A stretch of DNA of 64,000 bases from contig JAZDNO010000019.1 in assembly GCA_043799545.1 (NCBI GenBank), forward strand, positions 1-64,000, given 5' to 3'. This stretch comes from Methanobacteriota archaeon. GTDB taxonomy: Archaea > Thermoplasmatota > Thermoplasmata > SG8-5 > DAIRED01. Shown here one piece after another: positions 57,052-64,000 of this stretch; the first letter of the stretch is position 1, and each line of letters opens with the position of its first letter. The translations under genes were made by a program, and so were the position numbers. The notes under the pieces were generated by a model. That model did no database searches. It was not told the origin of the DNA and saw only the letters and a program-made list of their open reading frames with translations.

Positions 57052-57777
57052 ATGGGCAAGCGCTGGGTGGCGGAGAAGAAGCGCGACTACTACTACCGCA
57101 AGGCCAAGAAGGACAACTACCGCAGCAGGGCCGCCTTCAAGCTCAAGCAGATAGACGAGAGGTGCTTTGTTCTCAAACCGGGCAACGCGGTCCTGGACAT
57201 GGGCTCCAACCCTGGCGGGTGGTCCCAGGTCGCCGCGGAATTGGTCGGGGATGCCGGAATAGTCATCGCGGTCGACTTGAAGCCAATGGACCCTGTGCCA
57301 GGAGTGACGTTCATACGCGGGGATGTGCGCAAGGCCGAGGTGATTGACGAAATCCGGGCGGAGCTGAAGGAAAGTGGCGCGACGAAATTCGACGTGATAG
57401 TCTCGGACATGTCCCCGAACATCAGCGGCAACTATGACATGGACCAGGCGCGCTCCGTCGAGCTTTGCGAGGCAGTGCTTTCCACAGCGGACGAGCTCCT
57501 GCGCACCGGAGGCAAAGTCGTGATGAAGGTCTTCGAGGGCGACCTGTTCAAGGAGCTGAAGGCCAAGGTCAAAGTCAGGTTCCCGTACGTGCGCGTCCAC
57601 GGGCCGAAGGCGTCGCGGGCGAGCAGTTCCGAGATATACATAATAGCCAAGGGCTATCACCGGCCAAGCGCTGATGCCCGCGCAAGCGAAGCGGAAGCCG
57701 GGACGGGCGAGGAAAATATTACGGACGCCGAATGGGCCGAGAACAAGCGGAACGAGAAGAAGGGGTACGGGTTCTAG
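57052..57777 (+). CDS. rlmE: 23S rRNA 2'-O-methyltransferase RlmE/FtsJ
   Basis: YRSRAAFKL, DMGSNPGGWSQ, SDMSP, KVFEG, SSEIY (K-D-K-E). Confidence 0.94.
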   Translation: MGKRWVAEKKRDYYYRKAKKDNYRSRAAFKLKQIDERCFVLKPGNAVLDMGSNPGGWSQVAAELVGDAGIVIAVDLKPMDPVPGVTFIRGDVRKAEVIDEIRAELKESGATKFDVIVSDMSPNISGNYDMDQARSVELCEAVLSTADELLRTGGKVVMKVFEGDLFKELKAKVKVRFPYVRVHGPKASRASSSEIYIIAKGYHRPSADARASEAEAGTGEENITDAEWAENKRNEKKGYGF

Positions 57778-57843
57778 GGCGCGGCCAGTCATTGGCAAAA
57801 CGGAAACATCTATATCGGAGGAACCGTTTACGGGCACATAGGT

Positions 57844-60800
57844 GTGGCTAGCATGAGAACAATCGCGGCGGTGTGTGCGTGCGCTTTGTTGTTGGCGGGC
57901 ATCGTGACCGTGGCGCCTGCGAGCGCCAGGCAGGATGTTTTCCAGACAGACGCGGACGAGTTGGTCTTACGAGTAGCCATAAAGACCGACATACAGACAC
58001 TGAATCCCCTGATTGCGGGGGACGATGTCACCTGGAAGGTGCTGCAATGGGTGTACGACACTCCGATTAAGACCGATCTCATAGACCCGTCCAAGTACGT
58101 GCCGTACGTGGCCACCAATTCGATGAATTACACGCCATCATCGCTATTCAACTACGACAACCACACGGACTGGGAACCCGCGGCCCTGTCGGGTCAGATG
58201 ACGGTTTATTACAATTTCACAGGCGTTGCCTTCCACGACGGGCACCAGATGGACATCGAGGACATCCTGTTTTCGTACGGCGTCGCGGCGGCCTTACCGG
58301 AATGGGCTAGCAAAGTCCAGTGCCTGATGGACAAGGGGGGCGGTGCAGGCAGCAACTACTCTACGACCCACTGGCTTGGGCTGAGGGCGTACTGGGAGAG
58401 CGCAGACCACCTCCACGCGGCCCTGAGATTCTATCTGCAGGTCCCGTACGCGGATTTCGCGAGCGATACTCTCGCGGTGATGATTCTGCCCCAGCACATC
58501 TGGTCCATGAAGTTATCGGGCCAGGATGTCGACGGCGCGGACCCGTTCCTGCCCGCGGTCGACCCGAACGTGTGGAAGGCGAACCTTGCCATAGGGTACG
58601 ACAACTCCAACGTGATTGGCTCGGGCCCCTTCAAGTTCGACTACTGGACATCCGGGACAAGCGTGAAAATACTGACGTGGAGGGAGCATTTCAACCATCC
58701 GCAGCCGCGCATCGACGCGATACTATTCAATATATATCATACGTCCGAAGCGGCCATCGCGGCGCTCCAGCAGGGGGATGTCGACTATATCGGATGGTCT
58801 ATAACTCCCGCAGAGGCGTCGGTTCTGGCAAGCACACCCAGCGTCGCAATGTCGCAATCCGCACAGAGAGGGTACATCTACCTCGCCTACAACATGCGGC
58901 TGAAGTCGTTCGGCTATCTGAACAACGACCCGGCGCAGGGAGATTACGGAAAACAGTTCAGGAAGGCCGTGGCCCACTGCATCGACAAATACACGATTGT
59001 CCACGTCCTGCTGCAGGATTTCGCCATCGCCGCGGACGGACCGGTCAGCCCTGTAGATTCGGACTGGTACAACAACAGCCTGCCGCAGTTCAGCTTCGAC
59101 CCGGGCGAAGCCACGCGCATGCTCGATTACGGCGCTGACGGCATAGACGGGAATGCGGACGACTACCAGCTGACGGACCCGGGAAGCCCCCCGGGCGTCG
59201 GCAACTGGTGGAAGAACCCGGACGGAACGGCGATAGGAAGCGGTCCTGGAGGGAAGATAGAGATTCTCACGCCCGAGGCGTCGTACGACCCCGTGCGCGC
59301 TCAGGCCGGGCTCATGATTGCCGCCCAGCTTCAGCAGGTCGGGGTTTATGCGGAATCCGTGCCCTTGGATTTCGCAACTTTGGTCTCCCGCGCGGATGCC
59401 AGGAACTTCGACATGCTCATACTTGGGTGGAACATAGGTACGGAACCGCACGATTTCCTATACGCTTTCTTCCACTCGGATTTTGTGGATGTCGGCCAGA
59501 ACTACCCGGGATACAGGAACACATCGTTCGACGCCATGATAGAGGATGCCCGCAGCACCGGGAGCTTCGAAGTCCGGCAGAAGGACATCATGGACGTCCA
59601 GGCCTGCATCGCTTACGACCGCCCCTGCGACGTGCTCTATTTCAGAACCAACATCGAGGCGTACAGGACGGACCGCTTCGTGAACTGGTCGGTGGGGTCG
59701 ACCGGGTCCATCTACTGCTGGCGCTCGATAGTGGGCATACACCCGCCGGCCACACCCATGGTATCCTTCACCTCGCCCGGAGCGAACGCCGCCGCCTTTT
59801 CCGTTACCCAGGACGTGGCCGTGGTTTTCAGCGAGAGCATGGACACTGCCGTAACGCCGAGCCTCCACCAGATAAATGGCACCGCGGTGGCATATTCGTT
59901 CGCAGGATGGGGCATGACCCATTCCAAGAACGACACGGCGTACTGGACGCACTCTCAGAGCTGGGCTGAAAACGATTACTTAACGTTGAGGGTCTCGGGA
60001 TACGAAGACCTTGACGGCAACGCGGGTGCGGACTTCGAATGGTCGTTCACCACGGCTGACAGCACACCGCCGACCTCCGTGGTTGGAGCAGTTTCCCCCT
60101 ACGTGAGGAACACGACGCCTCTCGCGCTTACCATCGCGGCCAGCGATTCCAGCGGCGTCGCCTACGCCGAGCTGTGGTACAGGCATTCCGCGGACAACGC
60201 CACATGGGGCGCGTGGTCGAAATCCGGCAACGACACTACGTCTCCGTACGCCTACGATTTCACATGGCCAGACGGGGAAGGATACTACGAATTCTTGTCG
60301 AGGGCCTGCGATTTGATTGGCAACTACGACGGCGGGACATCCGTCGCCGAGGCAAGGCACAGGTATTCGGTGGACCTTCCCCCGACCTCGTCCGTCTCGG
60401 CAGTCGCGCAGTACTGGAACAGGGCTTCCACATTGCCAGTCGCCGCCACGGCAAACGACGTCGACGGCACGGTGGCCAACGTCACGCTGTTATACAGCTA
60501 CAGCGCCAACAACGCCACGTGGTCGGCCTACAAGCCCGCCGGCGCGGACGCGGCGGAACCGTGGAGCTGGAGCTTCGCATTCCCAGACGGGCAGGGGCAT
60601 TACAGGTTTTACTCGGTGGCAGCGGACGCAAATGGAAACATGGAGGACGCCCCCGCGGCGTACGATGCCAGATGTGCGTTCGACTCCGCCGCCCCCGCAG
60701 TGACGGACGCGAGTCCGGCGGCCGGGACCACCGGCGAGGCATTTGGCGCAAGCGCCTCGGCCACGGACAATTTCGTCCTGGCATCCGTGCGCGTCATTTA

Positions 60801-61911
60801 CTGGTTCGGCTCCGGGAGCGAAGCGAACGTTTCGATGGTTTTGACCGGAACTGGCGTGTACGGGTCGGCGATACCGGCGCCTCCGGACAGCGTGGACGCG
60901 CTTCATTACCGCATTGCAGCCGTCGATGCCGCGGGTAACTGGATATCGACCGCTTCGAAAAGCATACAGATAATCGACAACGACCCGCCGTCCGCGGATG
61001 CGGGTTCGGACATTGCAGTGAACGAGAGTTCGACGGCATCCTTCGACGGCTCGGGCTCCGCGGACAACATAGGGGTCGCAAATTACACTTGGACCTTCAA
61101 CGACGGTACGGGGAATTTGACAATCTACGGCGCCTCGCCGACCCACAATTTCACGGCCCCAGGCACCTACATCGTTACCCTCGTTGCGAGGGACGCCGCA
61201 GGCAATGAGGATTCGGACACTGTCGTCGTGATAGTCAACGCTCTCGTTCCAGCGGATTCGGACGGGGATGGCGTTCCCGACGCCGAAGACGCATTCCCGG
61301 ACGATTCGGCTGAATGGCTGGATTCCGACGGAGACGGAGTGGGGGACAACGGCGACGCATTCCCGAACGACCCGGCCGAATGGGCGGACTCAGACGGCGA
61401 TGGAATAGGGGACAATGCGGACCAGGGCGCAAACGAAACGAGCATCCCCGGCGACCAGGACGGTTTCCTGGGCGAATACTGGTGGCTCATCGCCGTGATT
61501 GCGCTTGTCGCCGTAGCGGGAGCCTTTTTCGCGTTAAAACGAAAACCCGAGATTCCCTCCAAGCAGCCACCGCAAATCAGGCAGGCCGAGTGCCCCAAAT
61601 GCGGATTCACGATCGAGGCTGGCGCGGAATGCCCGTTCTGCGCGGAGGATGCGCATGCTCCTATCAAACCAGAGCCCGCAAAGGCCGCTCCGCCGCCCGA
61701 GCCCGTAAAAACGATGCCGGCAGGGCTCGAGAAGGCAGCGGTGGCCCCCGAACCATCGACGCCGCCTAAGGCCGCATCCGCGCCTGGCCCAGCTCAGCCG
61801 AAGCCCAGGCTCAGCGACGAGGAATTGCTCTCCCGCATCGAGGCTGCCCACAAGGAAGGAAAGATGGGCGAGGCGCAGTACCAGAAAAACATCGCCCGGT
61901 TCAAGAAATAG
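57844..61911 (+). CDS. Family-5 solute-binding protein fused to Ig-like stalk, PKD, TSP3-like repeats, TM and cytoplasmic Zn ribbon
   Basis: IGSGPFKF, FRKAVAHCID (SBP5); DSDGDGVPD..DAFP x3; TM WWLIAVIALVAVAG; CPKC-N9-CPFC. Confidence 0.85.
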   Translation: MASMRTIAAVCACALLLAGIVTVAPASARQDVFQTDADELVLRVAIKTDIQTLNPLIAGDDVTWKVLQWVYDTPIKTDLIDPSKYVPYVATNSMNYTPSSLFNYDNHTDWEPAALSGQMTVYYNFTGVAFHDGHQMDIEDILFSYGVAAALPEWASKVQCLMDKGGGAGSNYSTTHWLGLRAYWESADHLHAALRFYLQVPYADFASDTLAVMILPQHIWSMKLSGQDVDGADPFLPAVDPNVWKANLAIGYDNSNVIGSGPFKFDYWTSGTSVKILTWREHFNHPQPRIDAILFNIYHTSEAAIAALQQGDVDYIGWSITPAEASVLASTPSVAMSQSAQRGYIYLAYNMRLKSFGYLNNDPAQGDYGKQFRKAVAHCIDKYTIVHVLLQDFAIAADGPVSPVDSDWYNNSLPQFSFDPGEATRMLDYGADGIDGNADDYQLTDPGSPPGVGNWWKNPDGTAIGSGPGGKIEILTPEASYDPVRAQAGLMIAAQLQQVGVYAESVPLDFATLVSRADARNFDMLILGWNIGTEPHDFLYAFFHSDFVDVGQNYPGYRNTSFDAMIEDARSTGSFEVRQKDIMDVQACIAYDRPCDVLYFRTNIEAYRTDRFVNWSVGSTGSIYCWRSIVGIHPPATPMVSFTSPGANAAAFSVTQDVAVVFSESMDTAVTPSLHQINGTAVAYSFAGWGMTHSKNDTAYWTHSQSWAENDYLTLRVSGYEDLDGNAGADFEWSFTTADSTPPTSVVGAVSPYVRNTTPLALTIAASDSSGVAYAELWYRHSADNATWGAWSKSGNDTTSPYAYDFTWPDGEGYYEFLSRACDLIGNYDGGTSVAEARHRYSVDLPPTSSVSAVAQYWNRASTLPVAATANDVDGTVANVTLLYSYSANNATWSAYKPAGADAAEPWSWSFAFPDGQGHYRFYSVAADANGNMEDAPAAYDARCAFDSAAPAVTDASPAAGTTGEAFGASASATDNFVLASVRVIYWFGSGSEANVSMVLTGTGVYGSAIPAPPDSVDALHYRIAAVDAAGNWISTASKSIQIIDNDPPSADAGSDIAVNESSTASFDGSGSADNIGVANYTWTFNDGTGNLTIYGASPTHNFTAPGTYIVTLVARDAAGNEDSDTVVVIVNALVPADSDGDGVPDAEDAFPDDSAEWLDSDGDGVGDNGDAFPNDPAEWADSDGDGIGDNADQGANETSIPGDQDGFLGEYWWLIAVIALVAVAGAFFALKRKPEIPSKQPPQIRQAECPKCGFTIEAGAECPFCAEDAHAPIKPEPAKAAPPPEPVKTMPAGLEKAAVAPEPSTPPKAASAPGPAQPKPRLSDEELLSRIEAAHKEGKMGEAQYQKNIARFKK

Positions 61912-61969
61912 TCGTCTCCGGGGCAGTCGATGGCTGGAAACAGATGCTGTGCGCGCCCGCGCCGTTCCT

Positions 61970-63325
61970 CTACGCCTTCGACGACAACGCCCGGGCCTTC
62001 TGCAGGCACCTGACCGCATCGTCACGCTTCCCCAGCTGCACCAGTATCCTGCCTTTGTTCACCCATGCCGTCGCGTAGCGCGGCTTCAGGCGGATGGCCT
62101 CGTCCTCGCACAGCTTCGCCTCGCCCAGGTTGCCCTGGCGCGCTAGCGCTATGGCCTTGTTGTTCCACGCCACCGCGTAGCCCGGGCGGATTTTCAGAGC
62201 CCTGTCGTAGCTCTCCAGCGCCTCATCCACGCTGCCGACCCTGAACAGCAGGTCGCCCTTGTTGCACAGGGCTATCTCGTTTCTGGGGTTGAGCTTCAGC
62301 GCCATGTTGTGGGCCCTGAGGGCGTCGCCGTACATCTCCAGCCTTTTAAGGGCCACGCCCTTGCTCGTCCACGCGGCCGAAGGCTTGGAGTCTATGTGTA
62401 TCGACCTCTCGTAGTATGCGAGCGCTTCCTTGTATTTCCCGTCCCTCAGAAGTCGGTCCCCTTCAGCGACAGCGGAAACGGAAACCCTGAACAGCATGAA
62501 GCTGGCCACGATTCCCCCTAAGGCTATGCCAGCCAGAATCGAGACGTTCAGAAGGCCGAGGTTCGACCATTTGTACATGCCGGTGATTGCGAAAGCCCCA
62601 CACATCGCCCCAACGGTCGCGACGACGACTATATCCACGTACCTCGAGCCGAAGATGTGCATCTTCGGCAGTTCACCCTCCGCGGTGTCCAGCTCTAAGG
62701 CGGCTTCGGGCTCGGCAAACGCATCGCCCCTGGCCTTCGGCGATGGCCTCGCCTTCACGACCGGCTCCTCGGCTGCCAATGGTTGCTCGGAGGCAGTCTC
62801 CGCCTCGGGCGCCTGCGCTTCTGGCTCGGCTGCTGGGATGGGCTCGGGCGCCACCATTTCGGGCTTTGGTTCGGGCGCTGGAGGCGGGCCCGGTTTGGGA
62901 GACGCGGCACTCGCAGGTTCAGACTCATCCAGGGCGTCCGACAGCTTGTCCAGTTCGCTTTCGAGATCAAGTGCGAAAAGCTCGTCGGCGCCCTTCTCGG
63001 GCTCGATTTGTTTTTCCAGGAATTCGGAACCGCACGACGGGCAGCTTTGCGACCCGGGTGGCACGGAAGTTCCGCACATGGGACAGTCAAAGCTCTCCTC
63101 GGCAGCCAGAACGAGAGAGTCCAGGAGGTCGTCGATGTTGTCTTCCTCCTTCGAATCGACCCTCGCCTGCTCGTTTTCGAGCATGCCTTTCAGCAAATCG
63201 TCGACGTCGGCGCCGGATTTAGGGAGGGGGGCCACGAGGGCCATGCCGCACGAGGCGCAGGCTTTTGCGCCCTTGGGATTCGCCGCGCCGCACACCTTGC
63301 AAACCGTTCCGTTTTCAGAAGCCAT
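61970..63325 (-). CDS. Double Zn-ribbon, acidic/Pro linker, 2 TM, TPR protein
   Basis: CKVC..CASC and CPMC..CPSC; AWTSKG/ALCNKG/AWNNKA/AWVNKG TPRs. Confidence 0.85.
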   Translation of the reverse strand: MASENGTVCKVCGAANPKGAKACASCGMALVAPLPKSGADVDDLLKGMLENEQARVDSKEEDNIDDLLDSLVLAAEESFDCPMCGTSVPPGSQSCPSCGSEFLEKQIEPEKGADELFALDLESELDKLSDALDESEPASAASPKPGPPPAPEPKPEMVAPEPIPAAEPEAQAPEAETASEQPLAAEEPVVKARPSPKARGDAFAEPEAALELDTAEGELPKMHIFGSRYVDIVVVATVGAMCGAFAITGMYKWSNLGLLNVSILAGIALGGIVASFMLFRVSVSAVAEGDRLLRDGKYKEALAYYERSIHIDSKPSAAWTSKGVALKRLEMYGDALRAHNMALKLNPRNEIALCNKGDLLFRVGSVDEALESYDRALKIRPGYAVAWNNKAIALARQGNLGEAKLCEDEAIRLKPRYATAWVNKGRILVQLGKRDDAVRCLQKARALSSKA

Positions 63326-63332
63326 TCTGGAC

Positions 63333-63350
63333 CGCAGATTTTTATCTGCG
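63333..63350. promoter_or_regulatory. Palindrome CGCAGAT-TTTT-ATCTGCG next to a TATA box
   Basis: Perfect 7-bp arms lying between the minus-strand CTTTATATG box and the ATG at 63325. Confidence 0.5.
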
Positions 63351-63425
63351 CATATAAAGCTATCGCAACCTCCGGGAGCCTAAAGGTTAAATAGGCAATA
63401 CGATTTCGACCCGTTGGGTATCAGA

Positions 63426-63644
63426 ATGAAGCTCTATCTCAAGCTGTACTTCTCGAGCGAGGGGAAGAATCCGCTGGACGTCATCAGGGACATCGAGGGG
63501 GTCGGGTTCGGGCCGGTCGTGGGCGACTACGACTTCGTGGCAGAGTTCAAGACTCCGGAGGAATACGGGCACATAATAAAGAGCCTCCACATGTCTTTGA
63601 AGGGAAGCGGCGCGCAGTACACCCTCAACACCAAGAAGGTCTGA
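63426..63644 (+). CDS. Small conserved-looking hypothetical protein
   Basis: 72 aa, YFSSEG..P, GDYDF, alpha/beta pattern. Confidence 0.65.
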   Translation: MKLYLKLYFSSEGKNPLDVIRDIEGVGFGPVVGDYDFVAEFKTPEEYGHIIKSLHMSLKGSGAQYTLNTKKV

Positions 63645-64000
63645 AGTCGGAAAGGATCCTGGCGTGGTCGAAAGCCATCTCGACGGGCAACCTTTTGAGC
63701 GGCAGCCACGCCGCGGACTCTGCATCGTCGCCGCCCCTGGCCTCGCCGCTCTCGTAGCGCATCACGAAAACCGCGCTAACGACGTGCCCGCGCGGGTCTC
63801 GGCCGGGCTCGGAGTAAATCCCGAACAGCCGTTCGACCTTGGCAATTATGCCGGTCTCCTCCAAAAGCTCCCTGATCACTGCCATTTCGACAGTCTCGCC
63901 AGCTTCGACGAATCCGCCAGGCAGGGCGTGCAGCCCCTGGAACGGCGGACTCCCGCGCCTCACCAGAAGGATGTTGTCGTCCTTGACGACAATGGCGTCG
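63625..64000 (-). CDS. Nudix hydrolase (5' end beyond the window)
   Basis: Nudix box GGFVEAGETVEMAVIRELLEETG; frame open to position 64000. Confidence 0.92.
   Translation of the reverse strand, partial: DAIVVKDDNILLVRRGSPPFQGLHALPGGFVEAGETVEMAVIRELLEETGIIAKVERLFGIYSEPGRDPRGHVVSAVFVMRYESGEARGGDDAESAAWLPLKRLPVEMAFDHARILSDFRPSWC

Noticed and set aside
61250-61420. ~69-bp tandem DNA repeats
   Set aside because: They encode TSP3-like DSDGDG repeats within the SBP gene; not a non-coding array.
1-64000. Inteins, Sec/Pyl read-through, IS transposases, integrases
   Set aside because: Core proteins (TFB, FtsZ, TrpS, thermosome) have normal lengths. I saw no homology continuing across in-frame TGA/TAG stops and no transposase or tyrosine-recombinase motifs.

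Overview
An archaeal chromosomal segment, GC-rich over most of its length. The gene set (TFB, thermosome, FtsZ, L10e, Gar1, Pop5, Cgi121, Dph2, MfnA, two-unit tRNA splicing endonuclease) and the accessory protein families point to Thermoplasmatota (inference). Most genes are housekeeping: NAD/purine metabolism, trpS, trxA/trxB, pyrC, iscS, rlmE. They are interspersed with four large secreted or surface proteins, coiled-coil/TPR/Zn-ribbon proteins, a KaiC-like ATPase operon and a STAND-type ATPase. One tRNA-Gln(TTG) is present. I saw no CRISPR array, integrase, transposase or reverse transcriptase. The most interesting unexplained signals are: (1) a tRNA-Gln locus flanked upstream by a promoter-bearing ~100-nt structured sequence and downstream by a direct-repeat-bounded, double-hairpin element carrying a 14-bp reverse complement of the T-arm; (2) a dispersed GCAGAATT...GATAAATTCTGCAAG palindromic repeat in three copies; (3) a ~310-nt transcription-unit-like region with alternative pairings and two tiny ORFs; (4) a PncC-PurN fusion; (5) a PEP-synthase paralog lacking its phospho-His domain; (6) a STAND ATPase with a longin/roadblock-like domain inserted between Walker A and B, shared with a protein of the KaiC operon; (7) a 16-repeat surface protein built from two compositionally distinct cassettes with identical 20-bp anchors. 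All family assignments come from recognising motifs by eye; no database searches were run.
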